Shown: positions 1-10,622, counted from the whole stretch's first letter. The stretch: 63,872 nucleotides of DNA, filler included, from Octopus bimaculoides (GCF_001194135.2; 4 parts of 4 records of this genome joined end to end with filler, not necessarily neighbours in it), one strand, 5' to 3'. Notes: generated by a model not told the origin, from the letters alone. Numbers and translations: made by a program.

Positions 1-104
1 TCACTATTATTATCATCATCATTATTATTATTATTATTATTTTTTTTTTTTTATCATCATCATCACTATTATTATTATTATTATTATTGTTATTATTATT
101 ATTA

Positions 105-148
<44 letters not shown>

Positions 149-175
149 GTTATTATTGCTGTTGCTGTTCTTGGT
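1..175. repeat. (TAT/CAT)n microsatellite
   Basis: Direct trinucleotide array. Confidence 0.95.
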
Positions 176-470
176 GTTTTCATGCTGTTATTGATGATGT
201 GGTTGCAGGATAGTCAGAGCATCGAACAGACTCCTTGCAGTATTTCTACTTATAGTGTCATCTCTCTGGGTTCAAGTAAATAAAGTTCCAGCTATCATCA
301 TCATCATCATCATCATCATCAATCAATCAAGTCAAGTTTATTTCAAATATTCCCCTTTTAAAAACCATCTCTGGCTAATTGTTGAGGGGATGTTGTTGGT
401 GTTGCCTTGGCGGAGGTTTGCGCTCTCTGAGTGCACTTGTTTCTATTATTATTATTATTATTATTATTAT

Positions 471-600
471 TCTGCCGAGGTCAACTTTCCCTTTCATCCT
501 TTCAGGGTCGATAAATTAAGTACCAGTTGTGTACTGGGTCAATGTAATCGACTTAACCCGCTGCCCCCAAATCTGAAACCTTGTACTTCCAGAAGAAAGG

Positions 601-602
<2 letters not shown>
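471..602 (+). mobile_element. SINE family A, 5'-truncated
   Basis: Matches the body of fuller copies at 4582, 11375 and 40761 (gccgaggtcaacttt..cctttcatcc..gtcgataaattaagtaccag); followed by an (ATT)n tail. Confidence 0.8.
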
Positions 603-656
<54 letters not shown>

Positions 657-899
657 CATTATTATTATTATTATTATTTGTTTATTTGTTTTTTGTTTTA
701 TTTGGTTGTGCAGCTACAAACACAAGAAATTACAACTGAAGACAGAATGGAATCCTCAACAAGAAAATTAAATCAATAAAATAAAATGAAAATCGAAAAA
801 CAAAAAAAAAAATCAATTAATTTCTTTGTTTTGGTTTTAAACAAATCTTTGGGGGAAAAAATTAGTTTTAGAAATTTAAATTCAATAGTGTTGATCTTC

Positions 900-933
900 T
901 TTCCATCATCCTCATCATTACTATTATCATCAT

Positions 934-967
<34 letters not shown>

Positions 968-972
968 TTCAT

Positions 973-1009
<37 letters not shown>

Positions 1010-1065
1010 TTCATCATCAATATCACCATCATCATCATCACCATTATTATCTGCTATCATCTCCT
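900..1065. repeat. (CAT)n microsatellite
   Basis: Direct array; source of the poly-D/poly-S ORFs. Confidence 0.95.
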
Positions 1066-1323
1066 CTCACTAAGCTAAGTATCATTGATCTCAGCCTCCA
1101 CTTTTCTCTCTTCTCTCCTTGTATATACACTCTGTTGTAAGTTTGTCTAATTCTTCATATTAACCATTTGTGTGATTCCAGTATTACCTTATTATCCTTT
1201 CATACACCAGTTTTTGGGGTTCCCCCCACCCCTAATTAAATGTCCAAAATATTTTGGTTTTCTTTTATCAATGATGTCTAATAGAATTCTCTTAACTTTC
1301 ACAATTTTTAGTATTTTATGACT

Positions 1324-1483
1324 GAGTGGTTGGTGTTAGGAAGGGCATCCCAGCTGTAGAAACATTGCCAGATCAGATTGGAGCCTGGTGCAGCCTCCTG
1401 GCTTGCCAGTCCCCAGTCGAACCATCCAACCCATGCCAGCATGGAAAGTGGACGTTAAATGACAATGATGATGATGATGATGA
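1324..1483 (+). mobile_element. RTE-clade LINE, extreme 3' end
   Basis: gagtggttgg..aggaagggcatccagc..ccatgccagcatggaaag..(GAT)n, the same terminus as the RTE copies at 4769, 10671 and 12563. Confidence 0.85.
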
Positions 1484-1554
1484 CCCTCACCAATTCCAGA
1501 GGAACTGCAAAGACCAAAAGCATTTCCACTTACTCCAGACCCAGTTAATCTTTT

Positions 1555-1800
1555 ATCTAGTACTTGTTTCAATCATTGGATTGCAGCCATGCTAGGATAC
1601 GGCTGTCAAGGGCTTTAGTAGAATGAACTGACCCCAGGAATTTTCTTTTAAAACCTGGTACTTATTCTGTTGGATTCTTTTTTGCCAAACCGCTAATTTC
1701 CAGGGATGTAAACAAACCAACACAAGTTGTCTAGTGGTGAATGGGGGGCAGGGCAACAAACACACACATACATACATAAATACAAAGATATATACATGCA
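1555..1800 (-). mobile_element. SINE family B, 3' half (degraded)
   Basis: Reverse complement of the family B tail (tacttgtttcaatcatt..gcagccatgct..). Confidence 0.7.
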
Positions 1801-2017
1801 TAAACACTTACATATGTATGTACGTACATATGCATGTATGTATGTATGTACATTATTGTGTGTGTGTGTGTGTGGAAACAAGCAACGGTTGGCAAGACAT
1901 CCACCCATAGAAAAGTCTGCCTCAACAGGTTCTTTCCGACTCGTGTAAGTATGATAAAGAGCATGTTAAAACGATAATGGTGGTGGTGGTGGTGGTGAGG
2001 GCAGCGGCAGTGACTGC

Positions 2018-2055
<38 letters not shown>

Positions 2056-2094
2056 CAGCAGCAGCAGTAGCAGCAGCAGCAGGAATTATTATCA

Positions 2095-2325
2095 GGTCAG
2101 TCACACTGGCAGAATGGGTAGATCTATCTTGCAGTATTTGTGTCTATGCTTTCTAAGTTCAAATGCCACCAAAGTCGGCTTTATTTCTCATTCTCCAGAA
2201 TCGACGAAATGAGTGTTAAAAATAAAGAAGTCTTGTGGCTGATTTAATTGATTACATTCATGCCCCCACCCCCACCCACTCCTAACAAAATTTGCAATCT
2301 TGTGTCTGCATTAGAAATAATAAAT
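2095..2325 (+). mobile_element. SINE family A, old degraded copy
   Basis: ctggcagaat..ttctaagttcaaat..aaagtcggcttt..aaaatttgc follows family A order. Confidence 0.5.
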
Positions 2326-2645
2326 CAGGACCAGTTATCTTTAATTGAAACAGTTTTTATTTCATACAAAAAAAATAATAATAATAATAATAAGTGAGTG
2401 AGGATCTATAATTCAAAACTTAGTCAATATATTTTAAGACGATGCAATTCATGGCTTATTGAATCAATGCCAAGTGAGGTCTTTGAAGTATCAAACATTA
2501 GGGGCTTCTCATGCTTATCATTTCCTGTTAAAGCCTAAATCTCTCTTAATCCCAAAACACAGCTTTCTGTCTTTATTAGAAATCAATATTCTAACTAATT
2601 TTGAAGAAAATTCCATGGTGTTTGTTTTGGAATCATAACATTTAA

Positions 2646-2866
2646 CCCTTTTGTTACCATATTTCTGTTGAAATTCACTTTGTTTGTTTCAATTAATTTT
2701 CAAAATAATGAAGAATTCAATAAAATGACTTTATCGTTATTCAGCTGTTGTTTGGAACATAAATTAACGAGAAATTTTGGCAGGAAGCTTAAATTAGATT
2801 GCTTTAAATTGGGAAGTTTATATCAAAGAACCAGAGGTGGTCTCAGGCGGATTGGCATCAAAAGGG
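2646..2866 (+). mobile_element. piggyBac-type MITE
   Basis: TTAA|CCCTTTTG ... CAAAAGGG|TTGA; related to the copies at 16810 and 17062. Confidence 0.75.
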
Positions 2867-3091
2867 TTGAATATTAATTAAATCAAACATGGATGCAGGC
2901 ATAGCCAAGTGGTTAAGATGTTAGTGTTGTTGTTGTTGTTGTAGTCATTGTAGGTGATGATGTATGAAAATGTATTTCTAAGGCTGCCTGTAGAAGAAAT
3001 TAACAATACTCCTGAACATTTAACAGAAGCTTTATTTACTGCACATTGTTCTTGTGGCCAGTTTGAATGCAGGGCAAACAAAATAAGTACA

Positions 3092-3155
3092 CATATCTGT
3101 CTAATGTAAATAATGTAAATAATGTACAGAATTCCTCATCTCTAAAATACAGAAC
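3092..3155 (+). mobile_element. SINE family C, isolated 3'-terminal fragment
   Basis: ctgtctaatgtaaataatgtaaataatgtacagaattcctcatctctaaaatacagaac, near-identical to 4401-4459 and similar to the end of the 44752-45074 copy. Confidence 0.8.
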
Positions 3156-3321
3156 AAAAAGACCAGGCTGCAGTATCTATGACAACAATTTTGATGCCAA
3201 ATAACAAATAATAAATGTTTAAGTGAAATCAAGAGTTTTTGAGTGTTTTAGAACGGCCAATACATACATTATTTACATTATTTACATTTGACAGATGTTT
3301 GTCCTCATCTTGTTTGTTGCT

Positions 3322-3367
3322 AACACGACATTTCGGCTGATATACCCTCCAGCCTTCATCAGGTGTC
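3322..3367 (-). ncRNA. Minimal type I hammerhead ribozyme-like motif
   Basis: Minus strand: GACAC CUGAUGA A GGCUG-gagggtatat-CAGCC GAAA U GUC GUGUU. Stem I GACAC/GUGUU, perfect 5-bp stem II, GUC triplet; one extra A after A9; stem III reduced. Activity untested. Confidence 0.65.
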
Positions 3368-3460
3368 TTGGGGAAATTTCAAACCTGGGTTCTCATTCCT
3401 AAGGTATTTTTCGATGTTATTATTATTATTATTATTATTGTTATTATTATTATTATTATT

Positions 3461-4275
3461 CAGTAGTTTTATTTTTATAACGTGCTTTCACTTCACTACC
3501 GAGCGCAGCTCTGTGCGACTTGGGTATGTGCTGTGGTTTGCTGTGATGCTCTTATGGTTACTGTATTGAAAGTGTTTTGCGTAGAATGTGTGCAGTACCC
3601 AGTAGTGCAATTTTNNNNNNNNNNNNNNNNNNNNNNNNNNNNNNNNNNNNNNNNNNNNNNNNNNNNNNNNNNNNNNNNNNNNNNNNNNNNNNNNNNNNNN
3701 NNNNNNNNNNNNNNNNNNNNNNNNNNNNNNNNNNNNNNNNNNNNNNNNNNNNNNNNNNNNNNNNNNNNNNNNNNNNNNNNNNNNNNNNNNNNNNNNNNNN
3801 NNNNNNNNNNNNNNNNNNNNNNNNNNNNNNNNNNNNNNNNNNNNNNNNNNNNNNNNNNNNNNNNNNNNNNNNNNNNNNNNNNNNNNNNNNNNNNNNNNNN
3901 NNNNNNNNNNNNNNNNNNNNNNNNNNNNNNNNNNNNNNNNNNNNNNNNNNNNNNNNNNNNNNNNNNNNNNNNNNNNNNNNNNNNNNNNNNNNNNNNNNNN
4001 NNNNNNNNNNNNNNNNNNNNNNNNNNNNNNAGGACTGGGCAGCCAGAGATAATATGATTTATTGTTTCTTGTCGATCTCCACATATTCTACAGTTACTTG
4101 TTATATTTCTTTTCATTATGTGTTTTTGGTAATTTCTGGTGGGGAGGCTTTGGTCTTGTGCAGCAATTAAAAATCCTTCAGTCTCTGCTTTGAGTCCTGA
4201 GCTTCTCAGCCATCGCTGGGATTTTTCTCTGTCTATTTCTTTCGCATTTAGTTTAGCCCAGTATTTACCATGTTT
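3461..4275 (-). mobile_element. 5'-truncated RLE-type non-LTR retrotransposon (R4/Dong-like) with internal gap
   Basis: Minus translation KHGKYWAKLNAKEIDREKSQRWLRSSGLKAETEGFLIAAQDQSLPTRNYQKHIMKRNITSNCRICGDRQETINHIISGCP (CCHC knuckle) ... [gap] ... KIALLGTAHILRKTLSIQ*, then a short 3' UTR; (AAT)n on both sides. Confidence 0.9.
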
Positions 4276-4400
4276 ATTATTATTATTGTTATTATTATTA
4301 TTATTGTTATTATTATTATTATTGTTCAGGTCACTGCCTGGAATCGAACTCGGAATCTTGGGGGTTAGTAGCCTGCACTCTTAACCACTATGCCATATAC

Positions 4401-4459
4401 CTGTCAAATGTAAATAATGTAAATAATGTACATAATTCCTCATCTCTTAAATATAGAAC
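4401..4459 (+). mobile_element. Inverted 3'-terminal segment of SINE C abutting its 5' end
   Basis: ctgtcaaatgtaaataatgtaaataatgtacataattcctcatctcttaaatatagaac begins at the first base of the minus-strand tRNA head. Confidence 0.85.
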
Positions 4460-4581
4460 TGGCCAATATATGTCCTCCATGTTGTAATTGCTTTAGTTTC
4501 AAAACACAGTCCCAGATCAAATCCCTTCTCTGACAAATAAACCTCCACATTTTTCTCTTTTTTAATATTAATTAAATCTCT

Positions 4582-4767
4582 AAGGCAGTGAGTTGGCAAA
4601 GTCGTTAGCACACCAGGTGAAATACTTAGCAGTATTTTTATCCATCTTCCTGTTCTGGGTTCAAATTCTGCCATGGCTGACATTTGCCTTTCATCCCTTT
4701 TGGAGAGGGCAGTAAAATAAGTACCAATTGAGCACTGGGGTCGATGTAATCGACTTAACTTCTCCCC
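4582..4767 (+). mobile_element. SINE family A (tRNA-derived)
   Basis: A-box-like agttggcaaagtcgttag, B-box-like gggttcaaattc, family body. Confidence 0.85.
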
Positions 4768-4768
4768 T

Positions 4769-5795
4769 TAGAATAAGAATAGCCTGGGCAAAGTTCAGAG
4801 AGTGTAATCATCGTTGTCATCGTCGGTTAACGCCTGTTGTCTATGCTGGCATGGGTTGGATGGTTTGCTGGTAACAAAGGGCCTCTCACTCAGAGTGAAA
4901 GGTAGACTGTGTGATGCATGTGTGCGAACAGCCATGCTACAAAGCAGTGAAACATTGGCCGTGATTGTTGAGGACATGCATAGATTTGAAAGCAATGAAG
5001 CTAGTAAGCTCTGCTGGATGTATAATGTCAGTGTGCATACATCACAGAGTGTAGGTACCCTGAGAGAAAAGTTGGATAGAAGAAGTATCAGATGTGGTGT
5101 GCAGGAGAGACGACAGTGCTGGTATGGTCATGTGTTGCGAATGAATGAGGACAGCTGTGTGAAGAAGTGTCACACCCTAACAATGGAGGGAACCTGTAGA
5201 ATAGGTAGACCCCGTAAGACATAGGATGAGGTGGTGAAGCATGAACTTCGAATGTTGGGGCTCACAAAGGCAATGACAAGTGATCGAGACCTTTGGAGAT
5301 ATGTTGTACTTGAGAAGACCCAGCAAGCCAAGAGAGATTGTAGCTGTGTTCGATGCCAGTGTCACGTAACTGGCCCGTTTAAAAGTACCCTTCAATTGTT
5401 GGACAATATGCTGTGCTTGAGAAGAGCTGTTGAGTCAAATGAAATCGTAGCCATGGATGATGCCAGTGCCACATGACTGGTACCTGTGCCGGTGGTACGT
5501 AAAAAGCACCATTCATGTGTGGCCGATGCCAGTGCTGGTGGCACATATAAATCACCATTCAAGCATGGTCAATGCCAGTGCCGCCTGACTGGCCCCCATG
5601 CCGGTGACACATAAATAGCACTCATTACACTCTTGGAGTGGTTGGCATTAGGAAGGGCATCCGGCTGTAGAAATCTTATCAGATCAGATTGGAGCCCGGT
5701 GCAGCCTCCTGGCTTGCCAGTCCTCAGTCAAACTGTACAACCCATGCCAGCATGGAAAGCAGACGTTAGACGATGATGATGATGATGATGATGAT
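4769..5795 (+). mobile_element. RTE-clade LINE 3' fragment (ORF C-terminus, 3' UTR, (GAT)n)
   Basis: LLVTKGLSLRVKGRLCDACVRTAMLQSSET...RRQCWYGHVLRM..CVKKC..EGTCRIGRPRKT is the typical post-RT RTE C-terminus; stops and frameshifts present. Confidence 0.92.
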
Positions 5796-6051
5796 TGAAG
5801 ATTATGTTAATGTAGCGAAGATTTAGATTTAAACAAGAGTTCCATTAACCACACATGTTCCCTGTATGAAACTGACACGCCCTCACTGATGAAATAATTT
5901 GAATTTAGATGGAAGGCAGTCTAGTCTCTAATAATTGCATCAGTAAAATATAAGAGAGGAGTAGCAGCTGTTTAATTAGAATAGGAGATGAATAGTGTAT
6001 GAGAATATGAGAATATTAGATTAAAAGTGTGAGAATGCTAGATTAATAGTA

Positions 6052-6376
6052 GGAGCACTCCGTCGGTTACAACGACGGGTGTCCAAGCTGATACAATCAA
6101 CGGAATGGCTTGTTCGTGAAATTAATGTGTAAGTGGCTGAGTACCCCACAGACATATGTACCCTTAACGTAGTTCTCAGGAAGATTCAGCATGACACAGA
6201 GTGTGACAAGGCCGGCCCTTTGAAATACAGGTACAACTCATTTTTGTCAGCTGAGTGGACTGGAGCAACGTGAAATAACGTGTCTTGCTCAAGGACAGAA
6301 CGCGTTGCAGGGAATTGAACTCACAACCTTATGATCGTGAGCCGAATGCCCTAACCACTAAGCCACACACCTTCAC
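6052..6376 (-). mobile_element. SINE family E variant with CORE-like centre
   Basis: Head gtgtggcttagtggttaggg..gagttcaattccc; centre gtccttgagcaagacac..ctcagctgacaaaaatgag; 3' half shared with 58105 and 63080. Confidence 0.8.
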
Positions 6377-6768
6377 TGCTAGATTAATAGTGTATAAGCT
6401 ATATGGTCCTACCCTTTTGTAGTATTCTTAAGCAAAACACTTCATTTATTAAGAATAACTTTACACATGACGGAGTGAAAAGAATATTGCCTTTCAATTT
6501 CCTGTTGCAATTAGAAACCTGAAATGCAACAATGTAAGATTATGTTGCATTCTCTGAGAGAGATGCAAAGATATAAAGTGCTGTGATTTAAAAGAAGAAA
6601 CGGTTACAAAGTCCCATTTTACAAGACAAAGACCAAAGGTCAATTGTTCTGTTTAACAACCAAATCCACGGAATCGGTCACTGATGTTGATTTTAATTCA
6701 TTCTGTAAGAAAACAAGAAAAAGAAAACATTGAATTGGAGTACAGTTTTATTCATTATTTATTTCTTC

Positions 6769-7094
6769 ATGCCAGTGCCACCTGACTGGCACCCGTGCTG
6801 GTGGCACATAAAAAGCACCATTCAAATGTGGCTGATGCTGGAGCCACCTGACTGGCACCCATGCCAGTGGCACATAAAAAGCACCATTCAAGCGTGCCCA
6901 TTGCCTGAGCGGCCTGACTGGCACCCATGCTGGTGGCATGTAAAAAGCCCCATTCGAACGTACCTGATGCCAGAGCCGCCTAACTGGCTCCTGTGCCGTT
7001 GGCATATAAAAAGCACCCACTACACTCTCGGAGTGGTTGGCATTAGGAAGGGCATCCGGCTGTGTAGAAACCTTACCAAATCAGATTGGAGCCT
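6769..7094 (+). mobile_element. RTE LINE 3' UTR fragment with about four 66-bp repeats
   Basis: Units start at 6770, 6836, 6902 and 6968, then the shared RTE terminus. Confidence 0.88.
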
Positions 7095-7894
7095 AGTGGC
7101 GGCGGCGGCAGCGGTGGTGGTGGCAGTGGTGGTGGTGGTGGTGGTGATGATGATAATGGTAATGATGATGATGGTGATGATGATGATTCTATAAGGAAGA
7201 GAGTTAATTGCATTTATTTCCTAAACGATGTTAGCACAAACAATTCAGTCAGTTGTTTGATTGCTGCTTTCAAACAACACCAGCGATGGCTTCTTCCAAT
7301 GTATGCTATCGTCTGTCTCCTTTCTTCATTAGATTGTTCCAGAACAAAGTCTGCTCAGCTAACAAAAACTAAACGCATTCCTACTTCTCTCATTGTCACT
7401 TATTTATCTTTTACCCTCTCTCAAACACAATCACAGCAAAAAAAGAAAGAAACCACCATTTACAACACATGCACACACTATCACCACAATGCACATACAC
7501 ATGCATATGTTTGCAAACATGTGCATAGACATCACCCACCTCCAACGCATACTTTCCAACATATACATTACGCAGACCCACTCATAAACATTAACTCTAC
7601 CCGCCACCCACTTTCCATACACACACACACACACACTACATACCCATACACTTGTATACACGTCCATGACAGAGTACTTTTCCAATTTTTTTCCTTCTTT
7701 TTCACATCCACCACAACCCTCTTCTCCATATATTTTTTTTCCTTTTTTTCATCAAAATAAATTAATTAGAATTTCATTTTGGAATGGTGTCAAATAGTGT
7801 CTCACATTAATCTTTTTGTCTTTTAACCCCAGGTCAGACTTGATCATGTAGATTTGAGTCACTGCAATTGTGACCATTCCATTCTCATTCTCCT

Positions 7895-8075
7895 TTTTCT
7901 TCTTCTTCTTCTTCTTCTTCTTCTTCTTCTCCTTCTTCTCCTTCTTCTCCTTCTTCTTCTTCTTCTTCTTCTTCTTCTCCTTCTTCTGCTTCTTCTTCTT
8001 CTTCTTCTTCTTCTTCTTCTTCTTCTTCTTCTCCTTCTTCTTCTTCTCCTTCTTCTTCTTCTTCTTCTCCTTCTC
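7895..8075. repeat. (CTT)n microsatellite
   Basis: Direct array. Confidence 0.95.
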
Positions 8076-8135
8076 ATTGTCGTCCTTACTATTACTATTT
8101 TAGTAAGGCAGTGAGCTGGCAGAATTGTTGACATG

Positions 8136-8653
8136 TGCAGGAGTGGCTGTGTGGTAAGTAGCTTGCCTACCAACCACATGGTTCCGGGTTCAGTCCCACT
8201 GCATGGCACCTTCAGCAAGTGTCTTCTACTATAGCCTCGGGCCAACCAAAGCCTTGTGAGTGGATTTGGTAGACAGAAATTGAAAGAAGCCCATCGTATN
8301 NNNNNNNNNNNNNNNNNNNNNNNNNNNNNNNNNNNNNNNNNNNNNNNNNNNNNNNNNNNNNNNNNNNNNNNNNNNNNNTATATATATATGTATATGTATA
8401 TATGTGTATGTGTATGTATATATGTGTGTATATGCTTGTGTGTCTGTGTTTGTCTCCCCAACATCGCTTGACAACCGATGCTGGTGTGTTTATGTCCCCG
8501 TCACTTAGTGGTTCGGCAAGAGAGACCGATAGAATAAGTACTAGGCTTACAAAGAATAAGTCCTGAGGTCGATTTGCTCGAATAAAGGCGTTGCTCCAGC
8601 ATGGCCACAGTCAAATGACTGAAACAAGTAAAAGAGTAAAGAGTAAAAGAGTA
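8136..8653 (+). mobile_element. SINE family B, full length (head, TA/TG microsatellite with gap, tail)
   Basis: ggagtggctgtgtggtaag..ggttccgggttcagtccc..gcaagtgtcttctac; ends (GTAAAAGA)n; directly follows a family A head stub at 8103-8135. Confidence 0.9.
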
Positions 8654-10459
8654 TAAAGAAAACACTGGATTGTTCTTGAAATATGTTTGGCAAAAGAGTA
8701 AGGGTGAATCTGCCAATATCACATAGCCTATCTTTGACAGAGCTACCCCATACAACAATAGTTCAAAACAGTGCAATTTATGTTTGACTGAGAAATTTCA
8801 TATTATATTCCCCCCACACAAATCATGAGCAAACGGAACTAATATTGACTTGCAATGATGGAATGAAATGTCTTAGATCAGATAAGCTAATAATTGCCGC
8901 TAATTCTATTATTAGTATTATTAATTATCATATTAAATTAATTACTCTCATATTTAGCATATTGCCTGTTATTACAAGCTCTCTTTCCCCATCCCATTCT
9001 CTGAAGTATACTGGCAACCATGTTTTGCAAGCAAGTTGGGCTAGATGTAGTAATTGCTTTTACTATTATTCTTAATTATTGTATTTATTAATTGCATATT
9101 TATTTTTGTCAATTATCGCAATTAATTAGTTTCACATTTAATAATGTTATTTGTCCATCTGTTATGGCCAGCTTTCACTCTCCACTCCCGTCTTCTCCTT
9201 GAGGTGTACTGGCAAACATGTTTTGCAAACAAGTTAAGCTGATTATAGCTAATAGTTATTGCTAGTGGTCTGTTGCAATTATTATTATTATTGCTATTAT
9301 TATTATTATTACAATTAAACCTTGGGAGAGGCATTATGCCGGTAATAAACACACGCACTGGTTCAGTCCTTTATTAATTTATATAGTTTTTTTGTTAAAT
9401 TATTTCATTTCACTCTTGCAATCTCTTCAGTAACTTGTCTCTCCACTTCCATTTATTTTGAATGTATGATCTGGCGTTGTTTTGGCATTGTTTTGGCGTT
9501 GTTTCGAAATTGTTCGGTATGAGCATGTGAGTGTGTGCAAGCTCGTATGTGTGCATGCTCATATGTGTGCACGCACTTATGTGTTCGTGCTTATATGTAA
9601 GTATGTGCGTCCATATGTNNNNNNNNNNNNNNNNNNNNNNNNNNNNNNNNNNNNNNNNNNNNNNNNNNNNNNNNNNNNNNNNNNNNNNNNNNNNNNNNNN
9701 NNNNNNNNNNNNNNNNNNNNNNNNNNNNNNNNNNNNNNNNNNNNNNNNNNNNNNNNNNNNNNNNNNNNNNNNNNNNNNNNNNNNNNNNNNNNNNNNNNNN
9801 NNNNNNNNNNNNNNNNNNNNNNNNNNNNNNNNNNNNNNNNNNNNNNNNNNNNNNNNNNNNNNNNNNNNNNNNNNNNNNNNNNNNNNNNNNNNNNNNNNNN
9901 NNNNNNNNNNNNNNNNNNNNNNNNNNNNNNNNNNNNNNNNNNNNNNNNNNNNNNNNNNNNNNNNNNNNNNNNNNNNNNNNNNNNNNNNNNNNNNNNNNNN
10001 NNNNNNNNNNNNNNNNNNNNNNNNNNNNNNNNNNNNNNNNNNNNNNNNNNNNNNNNNNNNNNNNNNNNNNNNNNNNNNNNNNNNNNNNNNNNNNNNNNNN
10101 NNNNNNNNNNNNNNNNNNNNNNNNNNNNNNNNNNNNNNNNNNNNNNNNNNNNNNNNNNNNNNNNNNNNNNNNNNNNNNNNNNNNNNNNNNNNNNNNNNNN
10201 NNNNNNNNNNNNNNNNNNNNNNNNNNNNNNNNNNNNNNNNNNNNNNNNNNNNNNNNNNNNNNNNNNNNNNNNNNNNNNNNNNNNNNNNNNNNNNNNNNNN
10301 NNNNNNNNNNNNNNNNNNNNNNNNNNNNNNNNNNNNNNNNNNNNNNNNNNNNNNNNNNNNNNNNNNNNNNNNNNNNNNNNNNNNNNNNNNNNNNNNNNNN
10401 NNNNNNNNNNNNNNNNNNNNNNNNNNNNNNNNNNNNNNNNNNNNNNNNNNNNNNNNNNN

Positions 10460-10622
10460 GTTGTTATTCCATAGTGTTGGCATAGCTTCCAGTGTATATA
10501 GGTCCCAGCTCTGTCATGTCTGTGAATGTATTCCTTCTTAGCCAGGACTGGGCAGCCAGAGATAATATGATTTATTGTTTCTTGTCCATCTCCACATATT
10601 CTGCAGTTACTTGTTATGTTTC

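Larger units (their letters stand above)
3265..4401 (-). mobile_element. SINE family C (tRNA head, (AAT)n, hammerhead-bearing tail), interrupted by a Dong-like LINE
   Basis: Head 4401-4325 with A box TGGCATAGTGG and B box GAGTTCGATTCC; (AAT)n; tail 3415-3265 collinear with the + copy at 44752-45074. Confidence 0.85.

Noticed and set aside
255-1073. ORFs with poly-Y, poly-D, poly-S or poly-I runs (and similar ORFs throughout, e.g. 7854-8114, 30216-30713, 35767-36295)
   Set aside because: They are translations of microsatellites and have no domain content.
6730-7194. 154-aa ORF with PDWHPC.WH.KS repeats
   Set aside because: It results from the 66-bp (22-codon) unit of the RTE 3' UTR; the frame is broken in the other three copies.
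9410-10541. Long ORFs spanning N gaps (also 14116, 25609, 52757, 55664, 57417, 62575)
   Set aside because: Their length comes from Ns lacking stop codons; only the Dong-like segments at gap edges are real coding remnants.
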